The notes: generated by a model not told the origin, from the letters alone. 64,000 nt of DNA from Euprymna scolopes (GCA_053919585.1 JBSSHM010000205.1); one strand, 5' to 3'. Counted from the stretch's first letter, positions 36,189 to 46,289 are shown. Program-made: numbers and translations.

Positions 36189-36465
36189 TCATCGCCGTGA
36201 AGTTTAACACCGATACATGGTCATCCTCTCGAAGGGCATAGTCACGCATTATTCGCAACTCTTCAACAGAACACACTTCAGGATTCCACCAACCGTAACG
36301 ACCTCTATTACGACCCTCTGTCAGACGTACTCCCATCTCATTATATACTGCATCAATAAGTGTAGAGTCTGCGTAAATCTCTTTAGCACGAGGACTATGC
36401 GTACGTTTTGTATCTCGTAACAGAGTATTCATCGCGGATCGGAGGCGTTCTTTACAACTAGACAT
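36157..36465 (-). CDS. conserved phage protein
   Basis: GRYGWW...CSVEEL...VLNFTAMI pattern. Confidence 0.65.
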   Translation of the reverse strand: MSSCKERLRSAMNTLLRDTKRTHSPRAKEIYADSTLIDAVYNEMGVRLTEGRNRGRYGWWNPEVCSVEELRIMRDYALREDDHVSVLNFTAMIALRESVRDV

Positions 36466-36892
36466 AGTTACACCCCTTGTAGATTGGTTTACTACAGTTG
36501 AAGTAGTCCCAAGCGTTAGCACAAGATAGGTACTGCTTATCGCCTTCCATATCGTAACCGTAGTAAGTTCTCTCGTGAGCACTCTCAATCGCTACGATAA
36601 GTTCACTGTATCGTGAGAAGGTGTTTCGGATATCCTTCTCATCTACCCATAACACTCGTGGTACGTAATTCTGACGAGATTTTACTTGGTTAAGCATGTG
36701 GGTAAGACTAGACTTAGATACTACTTCTGTAATCTTAACAATAGCCCATTCTCCGTAAAAGCTAGCGAAGTCCATCCAAGAATCATTAGAGATAAAATGG
36801 TCATCACCTACGTAAAGGAAAGTCTTACCATTTGCACAAGTTACTAAGTGGTCACTAGGTTTTAGAAATTCTCGCATCTCATTTTTAGTCAT
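36458..36892 (-). CDS. paralog, family C
   Basis: HLVTCANGKTFL...WAIVKI. Confidence 0.7.
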   Translation of the reverse strand: MTKNEMREFLKPSDHLVTCANGKTFLYVGDDHFISNDSWMDFASFYGEWAIVKITEVVSKSSLTHMLNQVKSRQNYVPRVLWVDEKDIRNTFSRYSELIVAIESAHERTYYGYDMEGDKQYLSCANAWDYFNCSKPIYKGCNYV

Positions 36893-36893
36893 G

Positions 36894-37187
36894 CTACTCT
36901 CCTTTCAAATCTTTACGGTCTTCTACACACTCTAGGCTGAAATCCCAGAACTCGTCACATGCACAGCCAATATTAAGACGTTCTGCTGCCTCTGCTGTCA
37001 TGATAGTGGTTAGTTGTGCGGTCTGTTTAAGTTCGCCCCAACAGACATTACGTACTGCCTCGTCCCAACCCTCTTCAGCACGTTCACGGAAGTCTTCTAG
37101 GCAAGCATCTGCGTGTTCTTGTGCCTCTTCCTTTGTCGCAAACGTCTCAAACCCAGTTTCAGGGCAATATGCGAAAAATTTATCCAT
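36894..37187 (-). CDS. conserved acidic phage protein
   Basis: GFETFAT..EA...EGWDE..VCWG. Confidence 0.7.
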   Translation of the reverse strand: MDKFFAYCPETGFETFATKEEAQEHADACLEDFRERAEEGWDEAVRNVCWGELKQTAQLTTIMTAEAAERLNIGCACDEFWDFSLECVEDRKDLKGE

Positions 37188-37200
37188 CTTTTCCTCCAGA

Positions 37201-37407
37201 TTAGTCTAATCGATTAACTATTAATTCCATATGAGCCTTGACATCGTCTCGGGTAGCTAACTCTTCTAAGATACGAGCACGAGTTATGTGTAAAGCTGCC
37301 CAGAAGGACGCCCCAACTCGGTAAGAATCTGAGATAGAGATTTTACGGTCTACTCTTCCTAACATATCAGTCAAATGGGTGACACTTTTATCTTTAAAAC
37401 ACTCCAT
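37201..37407 (-). CDS. hypothetical protein
   Basis: SD. Confidence 0.6.
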   Translation of the reverse strand: MECFKDKSVTHLTDMLGRVDRKISISDSYRVGASFWAALHITRARILEELATRDDVKAHMELIVNRLD

Positions 37408-37935
37408 CTAATCCCCCTTATGTAGATGTTTCATTGCATGTAAGAATCGGTCTACATGTTCATGTCCGAACTCACGAGCAATATACTCACAGACGATACC
37501 ACTGTCAAACAGTTTAGTAGGTTCCGGATTATCTTCATCCATATCCGGTTCGTCAATCTCGACTCTCCACATATCCTGCTCTCCCAAGATACACTTGCTT
37601 GCAGTTACGATTGTCGCAGCACGTTCCGATAGTAGACGTTCTTCTACTTTATGCCATTTAACCTCTAGTACTGATGCCTGTGCTAGGTACGATGCGTAGG
37701 ATATAGGATGTAATCTGCCATTATCGCCGAAGAACCAGTAATCAGCATCTAAGATATCTTCCTGAGAGTTCATAACCTCTTTGATTACCCAAGGGGTATT
37801 CATGTCGTTGAGGTAGTAGGTAAGGAAGTCTCCCTTCTCATCTACAGTCCATTTAGAAACATCCATCTTACGTCCTACTAGTAAGACTACTTTAGGTTCT
37901 ATGATAGATGTTTGTAACACTACTTCAGGTTTCAT
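37408..37935 (-). CDS. paralog, family B
   Basis: C-terminal V..YI..EFG....RFLHAMKHL. Confidence 0.7.
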   Translation of the reverse strand: MKPEVVLQTSIIEPKVVLLVGRKMDVSKWTVDEKGDFLTYYLNDMNTPWVIKEVMNSQEDILDADYWFFGDNGRLHPISYASYLAQASVLEVKWHKVEERLLSERAATIVTASKCILGEQDMWRVEIDEPDMDEDNPEPTKLFDSGIVCEYIAREFGHEHVDRFLHAMKHLHKGD

Positions 37936-38330
37936 TAGCCCCTCCATTTCAATGCATGGTCGAATCGTTCGCGCTCTTTAGCTCCGAATTCATCTTCGAT
38001 ATACTGACGAACAAACACTAAGTCAACTGTTGCAGAAGATTTAGGTAAGGTCTCTCCAATCTCCTCTGCCTTAACCACTACCAAGTACTCACTAGCAGTT
38101 ATCGCGGGAAGTTCACAGTTTTCGTACATTACCATATCGTATCCTAGACGAATACCGTCCTCACGAACAGTGATAAACCTAGCTGTAGTACGACGAGGGT
38201 CGTAAAATCTGTCCTTATCTGCATGGTATGCAAAATCATTGTCATCCAGTACCTTGTCGATAAACATTCGTACGTAATCTTCCCCGAACTGGGATAAGCT
38301 TACTTTAAATTCCTCCGGTAGCTTTAACAT
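37935..38330 (-). CDS. paralog, family B
   Basis: C-terminal V..YI..EFG....RFDHALK. Confidence 0.7.
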   Translation of the reverse strand: MLKLPEEFKVSLSQFGEDYVRMFIDKVLDDNDFAYHADKDRFYDPRRTTARFITVREDGIRLGYDMVMYENCELPAITASEYLVVVKAEEIGETLPKSSATVDLVFVRQYIEDEFGAKERERFDHALKWRG

Positions 38331-38917
38331 TTACCTGCCTCCTTAAGTTTACGTAGCATCTGATTCATGATCTCCGACGTGAGTTCGGTATCTTTGGTAA
38401 TATCCAAGATACAACGAGCCATTAATCGTGACGGAATATCCTTATCCATAGGTACAGGGAATAATTGCTCACGGAGGTCTTTACTCGGATCAAAACCTGC
38501 CTCATCTACTTGAAGATAATCTAACTTATCTAGTCGGTAGACCTTGTATAGGTCTTCTGAAGGTACGGAACCTACATTAGCTTTACGTTCTAGAGGTTTC
38601 CCGTACTTAGTCCAAGCATTATCACCTACTGCACGGATAAGTTCGCGGCTATCATGGTCACTACGACGACTACGACGGTTCTCGTCGAAGTAACTCTTCT
38701 CATCCTTCGCACAGTAGGTGATAACCCCGTCCATATCTACGAACAAGTATTCATTGAACCTAGCTTCTCTAACCTTTCGATTACCTTCGGGAGAGTTTGA
38801 CCAGAGACACCCTAAATAGAAGAGACACATTTGTAAAAGTCGACACTCTTCTTTAGTTAGTTTCGTGGTATCCCATTTAGTATTCAATACTGTTAGTTTT
38901 GCTACAGGTGTGCCCAT
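38324..38917 (-). CDS. hypothetical protein
   Basis: GGAGG SD, 197 aa. Confidence 0.7.
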   Translation of the reverse strand: MGTPVAKLTVLNTKWDTTKLTKEECRLLQMCLFYLGCLWSNSPEGNRKVREARFNEYLFVDMDGVITYCAKDEKSYFDENRRSRRSDHDSRELIRAVGDNAWTKYGKPLERKANVGSVPSEDLYKVYRLDKLDYLQVDEAGFDPSKDLREQLFPVPMDKDIPSRLMARCILDITKDTELTSEIMNQMLRKLKEAGKC

Positions 38918-38930
38918 AATGACCTCCTAT

Positions 38931-39218
38931 CTATTTCTGACAATGACATTCTTCGCCTTCGATTTGATAGAACCAACCAGTCCCATCACAATCACGACAA
39001 GTATCCGCTTTAACGTGTTCAAAGTCAAGCGTTACCGTGCACATACTCATCTTTACAGGTACTTCTTTATATTCAATACCGCGGTGTTTACAGAATAAAG
39101 CTAGTTCAGTACGTTCGTGGTGCGAATACAGATTGAATTGCACTACAATACCTTCTCCAAGGTGATGATACTCTCGGTGAGAGATATGTGCAATATCTGG
39201 GTGAATACTCCTAATCAT
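38931..39218 (-). CDS. protein with a C-terminal DnaJ-type Zn motif
   Basis: CRDCDGTG...CHC. Confidence 0.65.
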   Translation of the reverse strand: MIRSIHPDIAHISHREYHHLGEGIVVQFNLYSHHERTELALFCKHRGIEYKEVPVKMSMCTVTLDFEHVKADTCRDCDGTGWFYQIEGEECHCQK

Positions 39219-39700
39219 CGGATCACCTCTTCAGGGATAAATTCCGCAGCAATGTAGAAGTTCATGTCGGAGTCGTCCCACAAAACAAATACATTACCGA
39301 ATCCAACCTCTATTAAGGACTCTTCTAAGATAGGGGTGAGTTCATGACCACCTATTTTATTCTTACTTGCGTACATAGCACCGCCCCTACTAGCTAACCT
39401 TTCTAGTAGGAGTATAGCATCACTTCGAAGATTACAAGTTACCGCTTCCAAGATAAGGGTAGGACGTTGCCAAACTCTCTTAGCTTTTCCGTTAATACTT
39501 GCCGAAAAGCCGTCAATGAATTCTACCTGTAGAACCTCTACGATATCCCAAGCACGGTTACTGTGACTCAGATCTTGGCTGTAATCTGGTAAGAACATCT
39601 GACCCTTAGTACCTACTAAAATCTCACCTGCCACTAGGTAACGTTTACCGTTGCGACACACCACTACATGTTTACCTGATACTAGTTCTGATTTTTTCAT
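39215..39700 (-). CDS. paralog, family C
   Basis: HVVVCRNGKRYLV...WDIVEV. Confidence 0.72.
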   Translation of the reverse strand: MKKSELVSGKHVVVCRNGKRYLVAGEILVGTKGQMFLPDYSQDLSHSNRAWDIVEVLQVEFIDGFSASINGKAKRVWQRPTLILEAVTCNLRSDAILLLERLASRGGAMYASKNKIGGHELTPILEESLIEVGFGNVFVLWDDSDMNFYIAAEFIPEEVIR

Positions 39701-39701
39701 T

Positions 39702-40190
39702 TTACTCTCCTTTAGTTACTACTTCGTAGAATGCGCCGTTGTCACTGTTTTCCCAAAGTTTGTTAGCATTGCTGAACAGGACTGGGAACGAATGATACTT
39801 CACCTTATCTGCTGACATCTCGTGGATACCTTCCTCAGAGTATAGGATTTCTGTATCGTTGTAAACCGCTCTCTCTAAAGCAGCGAAAAGTTCACTACGT
39901 AGTTTGAATTTACCAAGACGGTTTACCACCTTCTCCTCTCTTACCCACAATGAAGTACCTTTAGTCACAAGAGCAGTGTCAACACCATCGTGGAAAACCC
40001 CTAAGAAAACTTCCATGATGTCAAATTTAATTTCTGTATCACTACCACCCTTATAGGTCATATCTTCGTTGTAATCGTTGAGTCGAAGGTAACCCTGCTT
40101 ACCTAGAAGTTTCTTAGGCGTTACAATATAGTTTCTGCCATTACGCAGTCTTACCACGTAAGAGTCTTGTTTCAGTTTTGATAGTTTCAT
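39702..40190 (-). CDS. paralog, family C
   Basis: YVVRLRNGRNYIV...FDIMEV. Confidence 0.72.
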   Translation of the reverse strand: MKLSKLKQDSYVVRLRNGRNYIVTPKKLLGKQGYLRLNDYNEDMTYKGGSDTEIKFDIMEVFLGVFHDGVDTALVTKGTSLWVREEKVVNRLGKFKLRSELFAALERAVYNDTEILYSEEGIHEMSADKVKYHSFPVLFSNANKLWENSDNGAFYEVVTKGE

Positions 40191-40199
40191 AATCCCTCC

Positions 40200-40664
40200 T
40201 TAGTGAGAATATACAAAGTTTTTCATGAATTCTTCGATAGGTGTTCGGTGAACAAACTCCGATACCACTAACTTGCTGTGGCGTACAATCCCATCTTCTA
40301 CTTTACGAATGATATCGTACTCGTAGGCTTCTGTAAAGTTTAAATTGCACCCGTTGTATGCCCAAATTTGTCCGGCTTTTGGACGTCGACGCTGTGCGTC
40401 TGTTAGTGTTAGATCTTCTTCTGTCTCGAATACTTCACCCAACAGGTGTAGATGCTCTTTTCGGAAGCAGAACTGATTGTGACCGTCGAATGCTGCTGGA
40501 GTTGTGACTTTGAAATCGCCCTTCAAAGCATCCTTTGTGACGAAATAGGCAGGTTCTCCGAGGAAATCCTCCACGTACTCCATCTTAACTGGTGCAGACC
40601 CCGTACGAGAGACGACTAGTCCGATGTACGGTGACTTTAAAATTTTCGCGTAGATACTTTTCAT
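40200..40664 (-). CDS. hypothetical protein
   Basis: shares PAY.V.K.AL..FR..HL with 40681. Confidence 0.7.
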   Translation of the reverse strand: MKSIYAKILKSPYIGLVVSRTGSAPVKMEYVEDFLGEPAYFVTKDALKGDFKVTTPAAFDGHNQFCFRKEHLHLLGEVFETEEDLTLTDAQRRRPKAGQIWAYNGCNLNFTEAYEYDIIRKVEDGIVRHSKLVVSEFVHRTPIEEFMKNFVYSH

Positions 40665-40680
40665 AGTAAATTGCCCTCCT

Positions 40681-41172
40681 TTAAATATCGCGCAGGTGGT
40701 GTGTACGGAAGATTACATTCTTACTGGAGCTTCCCCATGAGAATGCGATACCCGCTTCAATTAGTGCACTTTTGCTTACGATGTACGCCGGAGCTCCGTT
40801 AAGATTGGGTACATACTTAAATTGCAGATAAGTACTATCCCACTTAAAGTCGGTAGTATCCATTGAATTCAGAGGAGTGTCCATGATACGAGACCGAACC
40901 TCTGTAACATCTGGTGCATGAGGTTTTTCTACAACTACCTTTTCTTTTGGAGCTTCTACCTGAAAAGCCATCACCTCTTTGAACAGTGCTGTGTCGACCT
41001 GTACAGTAGAAGAACATAGGTTAGCCATCCAACCTTTTTGAACCATCTTCATACTTGCCAATTCATTTGTAGCCAACTTACGATGGAAGTATCCAAACTC
41101 TTCAGCCTTAAGAGCAATCTCCAACATATTAATCCAAACATTAACACTTAAAGTTACCATTGAATAAACCAT
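40681..41172 (-). CDS. hypothetical protein
   Basis: SD lies within the upstream hairpin. Confidence 0.7.
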   Translation of the reverse strand: MVYSMVTLSVNVWINMLEIALKAEEFGYFHRKLATNELASMKMVQKGWMANLCSSTVQVDTALFKEVMAFQVEAPKEKVVVEKPHAPDVTEVRSRIMDTPLNSMDTTDFKWDSTYLQFKYVPNLNGAPAYIVSKSALIEAGIAFSWGSSSKNVIFRTHHLRDI

Positions 41173-41176
41173 AAAC

Positions 41177-41238
41177 AAAAATCCTCCTAGCTATTAATTA
41201 ACTAGGAGGATTATCATGTATTAACTTCTACCTGTCAA
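41177..41238 (-). promoter_or_regulatory. sigma70 promoter plus hairpin/T-run occluding the SD
   Basis: minus strand TTGACA-N17-GATAAT, AATCCTCCTAG..CTAGGAGGATT-TTT. Confidence 0.75.
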
Positions 41239-41405
41239 GGCTTTTAAGGTAAGTTTTTGATGTTCTGAGTGAATCTTTCTCATTACCTTATGAACTTCAT
41301 TCTGTAAGGTACCATCTAACAGAGGTAATCCTACTTCTTCTGCAACCTTCTTATGAGCGCGTTCAATATCACGTAGAGTTGCATACTGAGCCTCTTCAGA
41401 AGGTC

Positions 41406-41987
41406 TTACGAAGAAGGGAGAGTGTGTATGTGGAAGAAGCTTTCCGACTTTCCCACAGCAAGCGTGTCGCTAACCTCTGAAAAAGATAGGATAGACTTTC
41501 CACGACCCCATACCTCTGCATTGGTGACAGATTTATGGATACATTTCATATTGTCATCGAAGTCTAGGGTAGTCTCTAGACCGATAGATGGCTCAAGGAT
41601 GTCAATCGCTTCTACTCCGCTATCTTTCTTGATTTGAAGTTCTCGTACCTCACGGATACCTGTACCTACCTCTTTAACGTAGTTAACGATAACTCGATCC
41701 ATACCTACAAAAACTTTAGTAGCTTTTGCGATTGTATATTCTGAACCATCATCATACATAAGTACAATTTTAGTCGCGCTCTTTTCTGGGAAACCTTTCT
41801 TATTTGTCATATTCATCTCTCCTTCTATTGTATTAAACTTACAAGTACCTTCGAGTTGTACTGTACCTGAGACTTCTATACTACGTACAGGTGCTGCCAT
41901 CTTAATTTGTAAATCAGAGGACAGTATCCCTTCCAACTCCACCCCTCCTAGGTACACTTTAGCACCTTCTAGAACCTTAACGCTCAT
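41406..41987 (-). CDS. hypothetical protein
   Basis: KIVLMYDDGS motif shared with 10259. Confidence 0.7.
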   Translation of the reverse strand: MSVKVLEGAKVYLGGVELEGILSSDLQIKMAAPVRSIEVSGTVQLEGTCKFNTIEGEMNMTNKKGFPEKSATKIVLMYDDGSEYTIAKATKVFVGMDRVIVNYVKEVGTGIREVRELQIKKDSGVEAIDILEPSIGLETTLDFDDNMKCIHKSVTNAEVWGRGKSILSFSEVSDTLAVGKSESFFHIHTLPSS

Positions 41988-41994
41988 ACTTCTC

Positions 41995-42345
41995 CTAGAT
42001 ATCAGAAATCTTACTGACTACAGGTAGTTCAAACTTACCACGAAGGTCACGAGACTTATCCCACACCGCCATACCTGATGATAATCTAGTATCACCTTTA
42101 AACGATTTACGTTCGAACTGTAGACGTCCTTCGTTAAACTGAATATGGTGGTCTGGTGCCGAACCTTCAGGGTAGAAACTGATTGAGTCAATTTTCTGAA
42201 GCTTCAACACTACCTGTTTACCGTTTGTTGTAAAGTTTACACTGTAGTTTCCGTTCACGACGACATTATCTACACGGTGGAAGTTGTAAGGACGTCCGTT
42301 AGCGTAACGAATTACTAGTTTGTTTGTTTTGCGTAGTTGTGTCAT
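41995..42345 (-). CDS. hypothetical protein
   Basis: NKLVIRYANG motif. Confidence 0.7.
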   Translation of the reverse strand: MTQLRKTNKLVIRYANGRPYNFHRVDNVVVNGNYSVNFTTNGKQVVLKLQKIDSISFYPEGSAPDHHIQFNEGRLQFERKSFKGDTRLSSGMAVWDKSRDLRGKFELPVVSKISDI

Positions 42346-42357
42346 CGTGACCTCCTA

Positions 42358-42792
42358 TTATTCTGCAAGCTTTTTCATAATGTTACGACGTACTCGATAT
42401 GCAAGGTATACACATGATAGCCAAGTAATACCCACAATACCTGTCGTAACGAAATACCCTAGAGCATAGGCAAATACCAACGCCGCTACAATGGTAATAC
42501 GGATTATCCAATCCATAAAATTGTAACTGAGAGGACGTGTCGCTTGTGTCGCAGCAAACTTCTGAGCCATCTCCTTTATCTTATCGTTACCTCCTGTAGA
42601 ATCTACAAAAGATAATGCGGCATTCACCAAACCTAGTACCACGAGCCCTAGTACTGTTATTGCAAACACCATCCATAGTGCAAGTGCTAACATCCAAGCC
42701 ATGTTAGGTACTGTAGCGGCAATCAACATACCACCACCTACGATAAGAGCTAGGGCAGGGTTTGCCATTTTGTGTTTAGAACTGTTACTCAT
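42358..42792 (-). CDS. multi-pass membrane protein
   Basis: four hydrophobic segments. Confidence 0.72.
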   Translation of the reverse strand: MSNSSKHKMANPALALIVGGGMLIAATVPNMAWMLALALWMVFAITVLGLVVLGLVNAALSFVDSTGGNDKIKEMAQKFAATQATRPLSYNFMDWIIRITIVAALVFAYALGYFVTTGIVGITWLSCVYLAYRVRRNIMKKLAE

Positions 42793-42801
42793 CTTTACTC
42801 C

Positions 42802-43002
42802 TTACTTGATTTCAATTGGATGACGGTCAGCGTATACCTTCTCGCCACGTTTAACATCGAAGTGTACTACATCATACCCTTCAAATGATACGTTACCACA
42901 TCGTGCAGTAACTTCCTTAGTATCGAATACGAAGGTACGAGATTTAGTAGTCTCATTACCTTTACGTTCCGTTACCGCGTTCTCATAGATTACAAACATC
43001 AC
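42802..43002 (-). CDS. hypothetical protein
   Basis: coupled ORF. Confidence 0.6.
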   Translation of the reverse strand: MMFVIYENAVTERKGNETTKSRTFVFDTKEVTARCGNVSFEGYDVVHFDVKRGEKVYADRHPIEIK

Positions 43003-43448
43003 TCCTCCTTGTCAACAAATCTTGCGATATGGAAGTTTGCAGTGAAACCTCCGGTATCTGAATTAAATACAAAAGATTCTTGAGAGTTAAACAGGTCTGC
43101 AATCTCCCAACCATCTTCCAATAGCTCGGGGTATAGGAATGCGAAGCTATCTCTCACACACTTTATCTTAGTCTCTTTACAGTAGCTGTATTGGTTTTTA
43201 CTGAAAGAGATATCCATCTTCTTGATCTCTTTCTTCTTACCTATAAGCTCTATATTACGGAAGGTTGCCTCGACACCTCCTGTATGAGAACCCATCAAAG
43301 CACTCATCAACACTTCTCGTGGCAGTCGTAACTCTACGGTAGCACTACGAGAATCTTCATCACGTAGAGTAATAGCAACCACATTATTCTCTTGAGAGTC
43401 ATAACGCGTACCGATACCCAACTCTACCGTAGTTTTAAATTCACTCAT
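42999..43448 (-). CDS. hypothetical protein
   Basis: GGAGG SD. Confidence 0.7.
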   Translation of the reverse strand: MSEFKTTVELGIGTRYDSQENNVVAITLRDEDSRSATVELRLPREVLMSALMGSHTGGVEATFRNIELIGKKKEIKKMDISFSKNQYSYCKETKIKCVRDSFAFLYPELLEDGWEIADLFNSQESFVFNSDTGGFTANFHIARFVDKEE

Positions 43449-43449
43449 A

Positions 43450-43959
43450 TTACCTCCCATCTAAAGGTTCCATTCGTCCTGTCAAGAAATCGATGATATC
43501 TCCTCGATCTAGGAACTTCTCTTCGACCATCTCGACCCAAACTGAATTATGAAGGAAGTTTTCTCGGATGTAAACCCCTAATTCTATTCCATAGTAGAAG
43601 CCGACTTTATCCGATACTTCCTCTACCGACCAATCCATACGTGTCAAGAAATCATCCATCACGTCGTAGAAGTAATCCTCATCATCATCTTCAAGACCTG
43701 AGAAGATATTAAGAAGTTCTTCAGGGATACCGTTAAACTTCATCTCATCTACACGATCCCATAACCAAGATTTCAACACCTCTTGAATATTACCTACAAG
43801 AACTACGTGCTTGTAATTCTTGAACTCTTGTGAAGATTTGACTTTAGGGAAGTCTCGTAAAATACACTCCCCTTGGGTCACCACTGCACGTTCACTCTTA
43901 TGACTGAATAACATCTCAGCTAGGTGATAAGCTAAGTTGTCTAACTCTTTACGTGTCAT
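43450..43959 (-). CDS. acidic hypothetical protein
   Basis: SD. Confidence 0.7.
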   Translation of the reverse strand: MTRKELDNLAYHLAEMLFSHKSERAVVTQGECILRDFPKVKSSQEFKNYKHVVLVGNIQEVLKSWLWDRVDEMKFNGIPEELLNIFSGLEDDDEDYFYDVMDDFLTRMDWSVEEVSDKVGFYYGIELGVYIRENFLHNSVWVEMVEEKFLDRGDIIDFLTGRMEPLDGR

Positions 43960-43967
43960 AATATCTC

Positions 43968-44450
43968 CTAGTGACTTCGGATCAGGTCAGTGATAAATGT
44001 ATGGATACTTTCTTTCATAGGGTACATACGAGTACCCTTACAAGGACGGAACAGCACTTGGTCATTCTCCCAATCTACCCCATCAATAACATAAGAGTGT
44101 ACATGCTCTTGTTCTTTTGGAGTATTCTCACGTTGCATGTGGAAGTGGTCAATCCACACCGAACCTTTTTTCAGTTTTGAGATACGTTCCCACAGTCGAC
44201 GTAGTTCTGCATCTCCGATCTTCAGACTGTCGAAGTATTTTGTATCGTAATGACTTGCCACGATAGTGACGTAGGTTCCCGCCTTAATCTCCTCTTGCAT
44301 ATACTCATCAATAAAGTCGATTTTAGCCTTACCTAGTACTACACCTTGTCCAAATCGGTCAGCACGAGGTTCTGTGCCGCGTACAAAAGCCCATAGCCCG
44401 TCTTCTTGTGCAAGAATCGCCGCTCTTACTTGGTCTTTAGTGAATTCCAT
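43968..44450 (-). CDS. hypothetical protein
   Basis: SD. Confidence 0.7.
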   Translation of the reverse strand: MEFTKDQVRAAILAQEDGLWAFVRGTEPRADRFGQGVVLGKAKIDFIDEYMQEEIKAGTYVTIVASHYDTKYFDSLKIGDAELRRLWERISKLKKGSVWIDHFHMQRENTPKEQEHVHSYVIDGVDWENDQVLFRPCKGTRMYPMKESIHTFITDLIRSH

Positions 44451-44451
44451 T

Positions 44452-44883
44452 TTAGTACCTCGCTAGTATATGTTTAACTTCTGACAACTTTCGGTTTTCT
44501 ATCACCGGAGTGAAGTTGTTCGTACGGTCACGCAATAAGATATCGTATTTCATATCTGAGTACGTCCAAGGGCATAAGCATAACATGGACAGTTTCATTT
44601 TGCTACGACTTACTGCGTAGATATTAGGTGAATCGTTAGCCGCTTGATCTTCGATACCTTCATACGACATACTTTCCAAGTCTTGTACCTTGTTGAACAT
44701 TACCGGACGTCCTGCTGGAGTGGTCAAGTAAGTATTCATGCATTGAAACGTCACCATGTGATAGATACGCAGCCACATTTTCTTCTTAAGCAACCATACC
44801 ACCCCGCCATTAGACATACTGTGGTATGCCAGTTCAACACCTACAGGTTTAGCATACCCTAGGTCTAAATTATTAATACGCAT
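44452..44883 (-). CDS. hypothetical protein
   Basis: SD. Confidence 0.65.
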   Translation of the reverse strand: MRINNLDLGYAKPVGVELAYHSMSNGGVVWLLKKKMWLRIYHMVTFQCMNTYLTTPAGRPVMFNKVQDLESMSYEGIEDQAANDSPNIYAVSRSKMKLSMLCLCPWTYSDMKYDILLRDRTNNFTPVIENRKLSEVKHILARY

Positions 44884-45115
44884 TAGTCTCTATCTCCTAA
44901 AACTACAGCAATCATTGCTGCAATAAATCGAATAGCATGGTAGCCACACCAAGCTAGCCCTCCGATGACAATAAGTGCCAGTACCAATCCTATCCAAAGA
45001 AATGTTTCCATGTTAACCTCCTTTCGTTATCAGATGTAGTAATCTTATCAACTAGACTTCTTTTGTCAATAGAAAAAGGACGAATCTTTCGACCCGTCCT
45101 TAGCTTTTATCCAGA

Positions 45116-46084
45116 TTATTCAGCTAGGTTGAAGTATTTCCAATCTACTGTGTTCTCGTCATCAACGAATTCGAAGATTTCAGACCAGTTAGAGTTAGTA
45201 TCTGAGTCATCTGCTAGGTCGATTAGAGATTCTTCGATACATGATGCTAGTTCCTCCATCGGTAGGTTGCGTGATGCTTTACGAGACGCCTTACCTACTA
45301 GTAGTGCACGGGTACCGATAGTGTCAACGTTAACTACTTTACCTTTCACTGTGTAGCTTAGTTTGTGAGGTACGTAGAAGTCCGCTTGAACCTTAACCTT
45401 GTCGTAATCGATACTTACTAGACGATATTTGCCGCTATCTAGGTACTGTTGTACTACCTTTGAAGGGAAGCCTTCGACTACTAGGATTGGAATCTCACCA
45501 TTTCGACCTTTTGCAGTCTGACCTTTTGCAATCTCACGTACGCTGAAGTCTAGACCTAAGTAGCGGCTTAATGCCTGTGCAGAGACCATCGAACCGCCCC
45601 ATGCTGCAACTTGCTGGTTACGTAGTAGGTTGATATCTAGTTTAACCGGAGCATCATCAGACCCCCAGAGCTTCGCAAAGAAACCTACCTTCTGACCTTC
45701 AGGTTTGTAGTTCACTGGGATAAGTAGGTTCAGAGGTTCTACGTGTAACGGTGTAATCACTCGGATACGCTTCTCGTTAACCTTCTTAGGCATCAGGAAC
45801 TTCGAGTAAAGTCGTAGTACGTCTTCTTGTACAATACCTGCTGTGAACTGTTTAGTGTTCATACCATCTAGGTTTGCTACCGAACCACCTGACGGAAATA
45901 GTTCTAGACTTGCTTCCGACATCTCTGTACCACAGAATGCGTCGATATCTGTACCAATACCAAAGTATGTACCAGTCTCACTACCTGTACCTACTCGTAC
46001 GGTTTTTGCTTGTGCTGTAACTGCCGTCACTGACATTACCAAGATTGCTGCCATCGCGGTTAGGCGTTTAGTTACTGTTTTCAT
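45116..46084 (-). CDS. TAXI-family (TRAP) solute-binding-like exported protein
   Basis: signal peptide, VGTGSETGTYF, SGGSVANL, GIVQEDV, PLHVEPLNL. Confidence 0.8.
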   Translation of the reverse strand: MKTVTKRLTAMAAILVMSVTAVTAQAKTVRVGTGSETGTYFGIGTDIDAFCGTEMSEASLELFPSGGSVANLDGMNTKQFTAGIVQEDVLRLYSKFLMPKKVNEKRIRVITPLHVEPLNLLIPVNYKPEGQKVGFFAKLWGSDDAPVKLDINLLRNQQVAAWGGSMVSAQALSRYLGLDFSVREIAKGQTAKGRNGEIPILVVEGFPSKVVQQYLDSGKYRLVSIDYDKVKVQADFYVPHKLSYTVKGKVVNVDTIGTRALLVGKASRKASRNLPMEELASCIEESLIDLADDSDTNSNWSEIFEFVDDENTVDWKYFNLAE

Positions 46085-46109
46085 TTAAAGTTCCTCCTTC
46101 TTTAGATGA

Positions 46110-46289
46110 TTAAAACGGTGAGTTGCTAGTCGAGTACGAAGACTCTTGGTAACCTTGGTCATCTGATGAACCCAAAGTACCGATACCCATCACCAAACCT
46201 GCTACTACTGTAAGACCTAGTACTGTTGCAAGTACAATTGTCATGATCTTAGTAGAACCGTGCATTTCCTTTTTCTCTTTCTTAGCCAT
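46110..46289 (-). CDS. 59-aa single-TM protein
   Basis: manual translation, GGAGG SD. Confidence 0.55.
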   Translation of the reverse strand: MAKKEKKEMHGSTKIMTIVLATVLGLTVVAGLVMGIGTLGSSDDQGYQESSYSTSNSPF

